A DNA stretch of 64,000 bases from Marsupella aquatica. Taxonomy: Eukaryota > Plantae > Marchantiophyta. This document shows, in pieces, positions 52,562-64,000 of this stretch; position 1 is the first letter of the stretch, and each line of letters begins with the position of its first letter. The notes beneath the pieces were generated by a model that saw nothing but the letters and a program-made list of their open reading frames with translations, did not search any database and had not been told where the DNA came from. The position numbers were made by a program, and so were the translations under genes. The stretch is from the NCBI GenBank assembly GCA_973895155.1, contig OZ316893.1:8332963-8396962 (forward strand), in the 5' to 3' direction.

Positions 52562-55500
52562 CAACGCGACGGGCAACTGAGTGACTTGAAGTTACTCAGA
52601 CAGTATGGAAGTCTGAGGCAAAGTATGAGCGATTGAATGGGAGCGCTGACGTCGGGCAACCGATTAATTCATCATTTGTCATTCATTTGTTTGTAAATTT
52701 CCTCAGACAGTAGAATGCCGATTCAGTGTAAGCCAAATTTTCAAGCGATTGAATAGCAAATAATGCGCAAGCTTGAAAGTTCAGTTGAATTGCCTTCAGA
52801 AGACACGAGTGTTTGGCAGACCTGCAATTGAGGCGACGAGTCGTCAGTTTTCTGCCAAGATAGGTGATAGGGGTAGTCACAACATGAGATTGGTAAGTAT
52901 GAGAGCAAAACCTGGATAATATGACGAAGTATTAGTTTACTCGTTGGTGCGTTACTCCAGATGGACAGTGCAAAATTTCCCTGCTGAAATGTTGAAACAG
53001 TGAAAGGATTTCAGATTCATTTTGGCAGGATACATGACATGTTATGGATGAACTGCCTCCAGAGGATAATGCCATCTCAAGTCGTCCGTATCTGTTCATG
53101 CTTTCTATATGTTCAATTCGCCAAATTAAGGCATGCTACATAATTTTACTCTACTATCTTTGAGTGGCAATCTATCACGAGTCTGAGTATCATGATGATC
53201 TCCTTTGTTTTGATCTTTCGTAGGCATTTGGTTGACTCTTTGGCAAACAGTCAAGGTCAATCTTTGGGGTTGAATCTCTTAAACAAGACTTCGATGTCTA
53301 AAGGAATGTGCTAATGTAGTGTTGAAACCCCGTGTCGAACACATTGTGCCCGCGGCAGCAATTCAATGTGCTGGAAATCTATTTTGTTGTTGCTGGGGAT
53401 CCTTAAATTGGGTATTATCTTACCAAAGAAGACAAAGCATCAAACCCGCAGAGAGGATCCATGGTGACCAAAGAGCCAAAATGCCCACGAGTCCCCCACA
53501 ACTGCAAAAGAGCAAATGCCCTATTAAGTACCAAATGAGAAGTCTTGTAGATGAGAGACACCTGAATATATGGCCCCGGTCTTCGTAAAGCAGACTGCAA
53601 TCATTTTCACTCATCTTATGGCTTCATAGAAACAATGGGTTTGTCTAAACAATGAAGCTGAGTGATCGTCGTGCCGGATCCGGGCTTCCGAGGTATGATC
53701 GATAGTATGCCGTTCATGATCTACTATCATTGGCACAACCAGCCGACATATATATCTCCTCAAACTTACTGATGTTGACGTTCGTGAGGGTCTTAAAGAA
53801 TCAGGCATGGCTTGCGTAGGACCAAACCGTTCATGCACCTGAAAGTCCGGGCTTACCCAGCTCCGACCGGGCTCCGACCCTCTAATAAATACTCAGAGGG
53901 GCCAAAATACTCACGACTCGTAATAGCCGCAAGTTGCACGCAATAAGAGATGACAACTGACACTCGAACCAATCCCACTCTTCTTCATCACTTGACGAAG
54001 AACTCTGGATCGTAATCATGATCCGTAGTCATGCCAACGCCTGCCAAAATAATTACTTACAGTGTTAATCAAAAGTATAACTTACATTCGGGCATTTAGT
54101 TGCTCCAGAAAATTCTCACCCCAACATTGGAGTGACAACATTAAACACAAGGACCTGATTTCAACATATTGACATTTAATGTTGAGTCTTCGGATGGCAG
54201 GCTAGGACCAGAAGCCCAGAACAGTGTGGACTCGACTTTAAATTGATGGTGGTGCTACAGTTGTTGCGGATGAGGATAGTGAGGGGGACAAAGAGTATGG
54301 AAAGACGATATCATCCAGTGGAGCTTTCCTGCCAGTCTAACCCAATTGAGTAGACCGCTGGCAGACTCAATTGAAGATGAGAAATGGTGACCAGAACAGA
54401 GAATCAATGGAAAATGGCAGAACTGTGCGATAATAGATCAACTTAACGCAGAGGGCTCATTCACACTGAATAATTCCAACATTACATCTGCGCCAACGCA
54501 CAAGGGGAAGTTCAGCTATGATAGATATACATAGACTATGTTGACACAGTTCCAGTATAATATGACACCGAAAGAGAATGAAAGGAAAAGTCATGAAATG
54601 GATAAGATTCCATATCGCTAAAATGGATCAAAGTTACAACTGGAGCAAGGATTCGGTTGAAGGGAAAGCATAGGAAATTAGCTGAATAAAGGACAACATA
54701 ACTGAAGACATGTGCGGGACATTTAAATTGATATGAAGCGTTAAATGAATCTGGACTAGATTTCATCTCAGTATTGGATGCGTGAGAAAACGAGAGCTTG
54801 ATCCAACCTGTTGACTTCAGAGCAATCAATGAGGTTCGATCAATACCATGATTGATTTCCAATCCTTTAACTCTTGTATCAAATCGACACTTATCTCGAG
54901 TGATGTCCACCCCAGAGAACATTAATTTCGCAAGACCAGTGAAAAAAGCTCGCTCACGTGAGACTAAAATCCATCGATCACACGCATAAACTTACTAAGA
55001 TTTTCAAAGTCGCGAGGATGCTCATACCAAGGAGTGACAGACAGTATCTACAAGGTCAGAGAATTTTGCGGATCCAAAGCTAAGAGATTTACGTGCTTCC
55101 TGTTCAAGATCATTCGCTGGGGTGATCCTCCCTTTCTTTTGCTCTCCTCCCTCCTTGAACGCACAATTTTTGCCTCTGGTCCCTACTTGCAATTAGCAAT
55201 GTCATTTGTCTGACTATCCTTTTTATGTCCAATCCTCGGTCCAATCTTTGGCTCTCACCATAATCTGCATGGTCAACAGTTTTGCAAGAACACTTTCACT
55301 CCAACAACATTGTGCAACTACATGATGGCCGCAACAATAACACCCACAATGACAAGTACACAAGAATGGCACCAACAATAACACCCACAATGACAACTAG
55401 TACACATGAATGTGAAACTCTGCAACGCCAAGGTGAGGCTTCCTTGTATATACAACACTTCTTTTCCTTGCGGCACCTACACTTCTTTGTCCTGAGCACA

Positions 55501-56677
55501 TAAATCTCTTTGGCATCCCTTGAGTATTGAAGTTGTTAGTGTTTATAAAATGGATTTCCAAACAATTTACCCCCAAAAGTTTTCTTACTAAAGGCAACAT
55601 CTCGGGGCACCCACAAGTATTGAACGTGGTTATCTCTTTTCTTTTCTTTTAAAAGGGGAAATTTGTGAAACCCCACTCCTTCTGCACTAGTTAAGTAGTC
55701 ATGTTTGGCTCCTTCCTTGTGAAGTCTGCTTCTCTCCTGGCACTGGCCTCCCTGATTCTCTGGGCTGTTGACCTTTGCTTCCCCCTGTGCCTACCCCTTT
55801 TGTGGACCACCTTTGTTGGTATGCTGGCTTTTTTAATGAAATTCATTGAGTATTTTGGAAAGGAAAAATATATTAAAAAATGTGAAAACCCCACAGGGCA
55901 CATAGTCAATCACAACGTTGAACCCAAAACCTATCAATAGCTCTCCCAGCCATGCCTATGTGAGAACTTGTTTATCTTTATAAAGATAAGTTACAAATAA
56001 CTCTCCCCCCACTCCCCCATGAAAATGGTTTCATATTGGTATAACGAATCGACAAGTGGCACTACTTTATTTCCTTTCCAAATTGATGAGAAGTCTTTGG
56101 CTTCGGTCTTCACCTGGTTTCACCATTAATAACATTTTTTTCTTCAAATCGTGTACGAGATTAGCAGAGTCCAGTTAGGGACACAGGTGGGTTCGCGTCT
56201 GCCTCGGATGCTCATCCATGCATATGATGCTCATCCACTTACCCTACTGCAGCTTGGGAAATTCCCCCGGAAATTTCCTCAGCAGACTCCTCCCGTCCCA
56301 GACCAAGTGTTCGTTCAATTTCTCAATTTCTGACTTTCGTTACTTAAAAGCTCCACTGATCTTCAACGGACAGTCTGTGCCACTTTCTAAAGCTCTATAG
56401 AACACTTCCAGATCAAGTGCAAGCTAGTTCAACATCAATTTTACAGTTCCTTCATTTCAAATTTTCAATCGTCTGCAATCATACGGAGTAGTCCCTCAAT
56501 CAGGTGAATCTGAATCGAAGGATTGATGTAGAGAACAAGTTAATACAGGTCGACGTTACATTCATTCAAGTAATCAGTCTTTCAGCCAATATCTGCAATA
56601 GAACATTCCGCATCGCTTCCCAATCCCAGCAACTTCGATTCCGGTTTCAGTCACACGAGTCTCTCAGGTTTGCACCA

Positions 56678-57647
56678 ATGTCTAAGATTATCGCAGTCGT
56701 CGGAGCCACAGGTGCTCAAGGTGCATCTGTCGTCAATAGCTTCCTCAAGCAAGGTGAGTACAAGGTCAGAGGCATCACCCGGAATGTACACAGTGACAAA
56801 GCCAAAGCTCTCAGTGCCAAAGGCGTCGAGATGGTCAAAGCAGATCTGGATGACGAGGCGTCCCTCGTCAAAGCCTTTCACGGTCACCACAATCTTCGCA
56901 TTGACGGACTTCTTCGACACCTTCGTCAAGGACGGTGTCGATGCCCAAGCCGCCATGGACAAGGAGTACCAGCAAGGCGTCAGGCTGGCCAACGCAGCCC
57001 TGCAGACGCCGACATTGGAGCACTACGTCTGGAGCACGCTCCCCAACTCAGGGAAGTTCTCCGGTGGCAAATTCGCTGTCCCGCACTTCGACGGAAAAGC
57101 TAAGGTCGATGCATTCATCAAATCCAAGCCCGAGCTTCTCGCCAAAACGACCTTCCTCTGGGTCGGCTTCTACGCGAGCAATTTCTTCTACCCGACTTTG
57201 AGCCCACACCACTTCAAGTCGATCGGCACCTACGTTTGTATCCAGCCCGTCGCACCATCGACGCCCATGGTACTTGGCGGTGATGTTACTGTCAACGTCG
57301 GCGTCATCGTGAAAACCATCGTCTCCAATCCATCAAGAACATTAGGCGGCAAGTTCGTCATCCTCAAAGTGGGGACCATGTCGAATGGAGAACTTCTGCA
57401 GCTCTGGGGCAAGGTCACGGGCAAAAGGGTCCACTACCTGCAAGTTTCTTTTGAGGAATACGACAAGTTGTTCCCGAAATGGGGCGAGGAGACAGGCATC
57501 AATATGCAGTACTACGAGTATGCCGGGGAGAAGGCTTGGTCTGGTGATGAGGAACCCCTCACTCCTGCTGATTTAGGCATTCAGCCCGGAGAGTTGGTCA
57601 CCCAAGAGAAGGCCTTTGAGACGATAGATTGGACTGCTCTTTATTGA
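56678..57647 (+). pseudogene. NmrA-like family gene, copy C (single 2-bp frameshift, otherwise intact)
   Basis: ATG at 56678; gcctttcacggtcacc (about 56873-56888) versus gcatttgagggcgtcacc in copy B is a 2-nt deletion; the rest is colinear to TGA 57647. Confidence 0.88.
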
Positions 57648-59448
57648 CAACGTCGACGGGCAACTGAGTGACTTGATGTTAATCAGACATTGTGGCAGTT
57701 TAAGGCCAATCTCTGAGCGATTGATTGGGAGCGCTCTTGATTTAAAACGTCAAGCCATTGATGAATTCATCAATCATGCAATTCATCTGTAAATTTCCTC
57801 AAGACAGGAATGCAGTGGGAGCCAAATCCTCGAGCGATTGAATACCATATTATGCGCAAGCTTGAAAGTTCAGTTGAATTTTCCTCACGACAGTAGAATG
57901 CCGATTCAGTGTGAGTCAAATCTTCGAGCGATTGAATACCATATTATCCGCAAGCTTGAAAGTTCAGTTGAATTGCGTTCAGAAGGTACGAGTGCTTGGC
58001 AGACCTGCGATTGGCGCTGAGTCGTCGGCCCACTGCAAAGATTGGTGATGGGAGTATTCACAGCATGAGATTCGTAAGTGACAAGAGGGAAACCTGGATA
58101 TTGTGACGAAAACTTCACTTTACTGCTTTCGAAACAGTGAAACGAGTCCAGGCTCAGTTGGAAGCATATTTGACATCTTGTGACAGGAAATTGGATCTCT
58201 GACTTTATCTACGGCTGTTGTTTTCGTTTACTTTTGTGTTAAGCTTCTCAGTTTCGCTTACACAGTAAATGTCATGCAAGGTTTACGTGTCTTGAATTTC
58301 AGACCGCGCCCCTCGTCCTAGCTGTGTGCTGGACAGGACTGTCCCTGGCCTTTATGTACCCTTCGGGAGAAAAACTGGAATACACTTTGTGTAAATACAG
58401 TCACAATTATCTTTCAACCAATTTCGTTCATGCGCACACTGTCTGTTTGTGTTTTACTATGTGTTCTCGTTCTTAAGCATCACACATGTTTGTCGATGAA
58501 CTGCCTCCAGACGATAGTTCCATCTAAATTCGTCCCATGTTTTCATCCATTCGACATGTTCAATTCACCAAAGGCATGCTACATAATTGTACTCTACTAT
58601 CTTTGAGTGGCAATCTATCACGAGGCTGAGTATCGTTACAATCTCATTCGCATTGATCTGTGGTAGGCATTTACTTGACATTTACTTGACTGTTTGGCAG
58701 CAGTCAAGTTCAATCTTGGGGTTGAATTTCTTAAACAGGACTTGGTTTTCTAAGGGAATGTTCTTTTTGCCTTGAACACTACGCCTGCTGCAGCAATTGA
58801 TTGTGCTGGAATCTATTTTGTTTTGGCTTGGGGATCATTAGATTGCTTTTAAGCAGACGCTTTGTGACCAGTTGCACATTCTGGTCTGAGATAATGAGGG
58901 TGGGTATTGAATTTTATGACTCTGTTTTATTTAAGTATGTGAATATAAATTCACAAAGTGTGACTATGGAAAGGTAATGGATGCCACGTCCGGAGTGGTG
59001 TCAACTTTAAAATTTCATTGAACGTGGTGTCTGTGTAAGCTGTGGGAATGATAAGGATATGCAACTAGCTTAAACCCATTAAAAGGTCAAGCATGATCAT
59101 TTGCGATCTTATGAGAAAATGACCATATAAAAACCTTCCATACTCCTCTTTGCATAAAGGTTTCCAGATATAGTCGACTAATACACTGGAGTATGATAAT
59201 TGGCCTCCAATGAGTCATAAGGTATGCCCATATCCACTACGTTTCAAAAACACTCCTTAGAAGGAAAGTGTGGATAGAGATTCAATAATAAACTGTAGAC
59301 AGTTAGTAAGAATAATAAGCTTAGATTTCACTCTAGAGAGTAATCCCGCCAGAATCATCCTTAGTCTGTTTACAAACTCAAGAAAACTGGAAACCAATCA
59401 TAGCCCTTCAGTAGAAAATAGGTTTTCTGGAACCCTTAGATCCATCCT

Positions 59449-59760
59449 TGTCAGGAGTCACTTGACGCCTGTTCTTTTCCATCGGCTGACTGCTATCACA
59501 TCAGAGTTTGTTTAGTACAGCTAGCACATCAGAGTTTAGTTTGGCGGGATGTTCTCCTGCTCTGACTCCTGATTTGATCTTAGCATGATCCTTCAGTTGC
59601 AGCGCCTTGTTCCACGCCTTGTTCCACCGCTGGCCTCTTGCTGGCCAAGTGGTGGTTTGTTTTACTGCCTCTCCTTCGGGGTACTATATGATATTGTTTC
59701 CCCTCTTTGTTGAGGCAGGGATTGTTCATTCTTTTCTGTGTCACCAGATTGCATGTCATA
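59449..59760 (+). mobile_element. Solo LTR of the same copia family as 13221-15513
   Basis: Reverse-complement homologue of those LTRs; starts tgtcaggagtcac, ends gcatgtcata; 5-bp TSD atcct (59444-59448, 59761-59765). Confidence 0.88.
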
Positions 59761-60069
59761 ATCCTTACCCTTTTTAACCTCAATTGCCTCTGCCTAAGCT
59801 GCCCTTAGCCTACCCAAACCTGACAGACCAAGATGAAAAAAATAATTGAAATTACAACTGAAAAACTAGGAAGTTTTGAAAAACCTTGATTATAAATAAA
59901 ACATTTAAAATGTTTTTTTCTCTAAAAACTTAAAACAAAGAAAAAAGAAAAAAAAATTGTCACTTGGTTATGTTTGGATTCTATGGTACGGTGGTCATTA
60001 TATCGTGTCTCCAATTTCTATGTGCAACACACAAGTCATTAAATATCACCCCATCAACTTTATCTTGTC

Positions 60070-60383
60070 TTGACATCTTTTTCTCATCTCGTTGATTTTT
60101 TTCACATTGACATCTTTATCTCACAATGACATTTTTTTTCTCATCCTCAACATCTTTTCCTCTACACAACATCTTTTACTCACGTTGACATCTTTTCTCA
60201 CCTCTATATCTTTTCCTTACCCTTACCAATAATGAGAAATATTTTTCCCAAAGGATATTGACATTTTTCTCACCTTAATTTTTTTTCCTCACCTTGACAT
60301 CTTTTTCTCTCATGGACATTTTTTCACCTCTATATCTTTTATCACCTCGACATCCTTTGTGCAACGCACAAACATAGGGCTAG
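60070..60383 (+). mobile_element. Helitron 3' end
   Basis: tctcaccttgacatctttt-like array, then hairpin tttgtgc-aac-gcacaaa (60356-60372), 7 nt, and CTAG followed by T. Confidence 0.7.
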
Positions 60384-60833
60384 TCAAGAATAATAAACTT
60401 AAATCACCAAATTATATACGCTGGCATGGGATGCTTGAATTTGTATAGGAGTTCAAAGGTTTGGATATTAAATTAGTTTGTGGACCCCTATCTGTTTTGA
60501 TTGAGATTGAAAAGTAGTGAGATATGTGTTGGACAATGTGTGATATATATTAAAAAGCGAGTGGCAGTAGAAGGTAGAGAAAATTGTCACGACACAAAGA
60601 CCATCTCTGTTCTCCTTTCTTTTTTGTTCTTGACAAACGACTGGTCCAGACAATTTTCAAGTTACCGAGACGCTCTATCCCGTCATTGATTACTTGTCAT
60701 CAGTGCTCAAGTTGCAGAGCTTGCAGAGAGATTTACTTACTCAATTGAACCACAATTCAGAATGAGGGTGGGCAGTAGGTTACTCGGGGTAAATAAAACG
60801 GAGGGTGGGCCTACTACTAATTGAGCATTCGGT

Positions 60834-61049
60834 TACTAGGGTAAATAAAACAATTATTTTTGAAACATTTTTACATCAACGTTTACGGCATGGCATCCTC
60901 AAATTTACCAAAATCCTGTCACAAACACAAATGGTGAAATAATTTTATTTTTTAAACCAATCCGTATCTATTTGCAGTGCATCATGATGACATGGCGCAC
61001 TGTGGAGTCTCAAATTTTGGAAGGGACCTCCAATGGGGTCTGTAACTAG
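60834..61049 (+). repeat. Dispersed ~220-bp repeat (copy of 33072-33292)
   Basis: Direct similarity to 33072-33292; ends gacctccaatggggtc-tgtaaCTAG. Confidence 0.85.
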
Positions 61050-61303
61050 GGCCTAGGTTTCACTCTAGAGAAATGTCTGAATGATAAACTTAGATTGCCA
61101 TTGCCAATTATATGCACACTAGCCCTATGCCATTATGTTGCACTGTGCAAGGAGGATTGGCCCATAGGGAGTTGGGCCGGGGCATTTATGGGGCAGCAGG
61201 AATCACATATGTGCTAGGGGTGCACATTTACTCCATCAATGATCAGGGAAAGCAGCTCATCCAATCCAATGGTTGTGGATCTTTCTCACCCATGAGCTTT
61301 TTT

Positions 61304-61419
61304 GTTATTGGGAGGAAGGACTAAAAAAAGGGGATCACTTATTATAGTTGTAGATAGGGTGGTTATTGGGAGGAAGGACTAAAAAAAGGGGATCACTTAT
61401 TATAGTTGTAGATAGGGTG
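61304..61419. repeat. 58-bp perfect tandem duplication
   Basis: gttattgggaggaaggactaaaaaaaggggatcacttattatagttgtagatagggtg x2. Confidence 0.92.
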
Positions 61420-62053
61420 GGAAGCTTGAAATCATATCCTAGTTCCTAGCCTAGTTCGAAGGTTTGGATGGAACTCCCATAGTAGCTTATGCGCTTAGGA
61501 GCCACTACCTACAGTAGTGAGAAAGGTGCTGTGTAATAAAGTAGTGTTTCTCTGAGTGTTTCTCTGTCGACTGGGCTGCACTCTTTATCTCTGCTGACTC
61601 TGCTGCCATGCCCACAGCAATCTACTCCAGTGCTCTGTGCTCATGCCCCTGTTGAATGGAGCTCTCCCCTTGACTCACGGCCCCCACCATCGCCGCTGCA
61701 TCATCATCCTCTGCCTCCCTTCGTTGTACAATCAGAGCTCCATAATTATAACCTCTCAATCCCCACCGGAAAGGCTGTGAAGAGAAGAATCTGAGACCCT
61801 CCTGGTTTTGGCTTCCTCGCCTGACGGTACTGGGATTGGAGCTCTGCCCACGTCCATTCTGTTTCCGAATCGGAGCTCCACAGACGCATGACAGGTTACG
61901 ACTGTACTACTGCTGCATCGATATCTCGACGTGGCTGATCAGAAAGAGCTCTACATTGGGTGACTTTCGTTTTCTGTCTGCTCTGCTGCGCCACAACGAT
62001 TTACTGAGTTTCGGGCAAATAGGCCAGCCAGGCAGACACACAAACCTCCCGAC

Positions 62054-63967
62054 ATGGCAGGGCTTGGTTGCATCTCCGCTTCTGCCTCGTCCTCGTGCAC
62101 TGTGAGGACTGCTGCCGCTGCTGTCAAAGATTCCGCTGCCTCTTGCAGCAGCACGCCGTCCTACTCTGTCGTTCAACGATCGGGAATTGGGGGCAGGGGG
62201 GCAGTGCGGATGATATCCAAGGGAGGGTTGTTCGGATATGAACGATTGTTGCCTCACAATTATGATCAACATCATCATCTTCTTCACCATCGAGGTTTGG
62301 CTGATGGAGCAGCTGGGCAAAGGGAACAGAAGGGCGGCCTCGGGGTGCAGGCTGTAGTCAAACGGAGCCCCAAGCGATTGAAGTACGCAATGGGTGGCAA
62401 CAGTCGTAAGGTGCGAAATCGTCTGTCTGACCCCTCAAGAGCCGCAAAATTCAATTATACTCTGCTCTGCTTCAGGATGTTCAATTCGATTTCCTTAGCT
62501 CTAGCGTTGGAGCAAAGGAATTCTTGAAGCACTGCGGGGTGAAGTTGACTGACTGAATTAGAGAGTGAATGATGAGGGTAGCAGGAATTCCCGTTTCATT
62601 TTCCTTACTAAGTGTATCTGAACTTGATTTTCTTTACTCAACCGTGTCAAGGATGGAAACATACTGAGCCGAATGTCATGATACTCTCGCTAGATTGAGA
62701 TGCTATGTATTGTCACCCAGGACAAAAGAACTGGGTTCATGAGCTAAGCACTTTTCGAATAACTGATCTTTTTAAACATCATTCAGGTGTATCATCCAGA
62801 AAATTTCTCACTGTCAATAAATTTTCGAGCCTTGTTTTGCGATCTTTAAAATATTCAGTGATTGACAGATCTTCGTGTGCTTCACTTTCAAGAGTTATGA
62901 TATAAATTCTACTTAAAGTCCATATCGTGAGGGGAATTCATCCTTACGAGCCAGCATTGAAGCAAAGTCTTATCTATCCAATTTTGTCCAATTTTTCTAT
63001 CTTCAGGTTCCAGTAGAAATGGTTTTCAAGACTCTCTAGTCCGCTTGTGTTGATAGTTTGCTCGATCGACAGTTATTTCCGTATCCTCCTGTCAATTCCA
63101 TTCAACTCAATTCACTGGGAATCCTTTAGATGTTGGGACCTATTCTGACGTCCAGGAAAATGTCGTTTCAGGGCACAAGTGTAGTCTACGTGCAAGTCGA
63201 TCCCGCAGGATCGGATGTTTGGAAATTGGATGCGATTGTCGACTTAATAAAAGATGGCGCTGTTGGAGTTATCCCAACTGACACAGTGTAGGTTTTGTTT
63301 GATGCATTTAAATTAGCCGTTGACACGAGCGATTTGAAGTGCGAAAACTTTTATTCATGGACTGTAGCAGTTTGGAGGTTCCCTGTATCACTAAATATGC
63401 TCTGAAATTTCTCTGTTAACAGATACGCCATCGTATGTGACCTCAAGAACCGAAACTCAGTCGACCGTCTGTACAGGTGAGAAACATCAAAGAAGATGTT
63501 CCATTGACTTTGCTTGCTTAAGGTGGGTTTCCATCGTGGGCACGCTAAGATTTTAGATTTTAGATCGTTGTTAGGTTGCTCGACCGGGAGGATGGGCAAT
63601 TTTAGGCAACTTATCTGAGACATACGTTACTCGTCTCTAATTCTCCCTCAAATTTGGTCACGCAGAATTAAAGATATGGATTCAAAAAAGGTAGTGTTCG
63701 ATCTCTATCACACTGAATGGTCTCAATGCATATTTGTACATATCCAGATTGTTGGTGTCTTGAGTGTGCTGGAAGTTACCAACTCGGTATCCAATTGGTC
63801 CCTTGCTGTCTATTGACAACTGATATAAGTTTTTTTGATGCCAGCCACTGAGCATTCTTTGTCGTTCATTCCAAGACATTGATACCTACACGACCGGCTT
63901 TCCAAGAGGAGACAGCCATGGCCAAACAAATGTCTTTCGTGCTGCAAAGCAATGTTTTCCAGGACCG
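62054..63967 (+). CDS. YrdC/Sua5/YciO-family protein with predicted plastid transit peptide; 3' end beyond the window
   Basis: Exons 62054-62410 (Ser/Ala-rich leader, VKRSPKRLKY), 63172-63287 (VDPAGSDVWKLD...GAVGVIPTDTV), 63423-63476 (YAIVCDLKN..SVDRLYR), 63666-63690 (IKDMDSKK), 63845-63967 (PLSILCRSFQDIDTYT..FPRG...FPGP). PTDTVY, KPLS and PGP are YrdC-fold motifs. Confidence 0.92.
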
Positions 63968-64000
63968 GTAAGTTCACTTGTTAGGCCACTTTGTCAATCT

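Overview
Eukaryotic land-plant genomic DNA with spliceosomal GT-AG introns; gene content and transposon types suggest a bryophyte/liverwort (inference only). All host genes lie on the + strand. They are: a 5'-truncated cytosolic-type glutamine synthetase (10 exons visible, 95-6561), a 5-exon GDSL esterase/lipase (18710-22366), a 3-exon core-2/I-branching (GT14-like/DUF266) glycosyltransferase (35372-40706) with an intact tRNA-Ala(AGC) in intron 1, a tandem array of three NmrA-like atypical SDR genes with intronless CDSs (44185-57647: one intact, one frameshifted, one broken by a nested transposon), and the 5' part of a YrdC/Sua5/YciO-family gene (62054 to beyond the window). The NmrA-like proteins look fungal, so this array is the best candidate for an unusual system: a horizontally acquired, domesticated and diversifying gene family. 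Intergenic DNA holds a deleted Ty1/copia element with TG...TA LTRs and a half-tRNA-iMet primer site, solo LTRs, non-autonomous TIR elements, Helitron 3' ends, a LINE fragment and several minisatellites. No database searches were run; family calls rest on recognised motifs.
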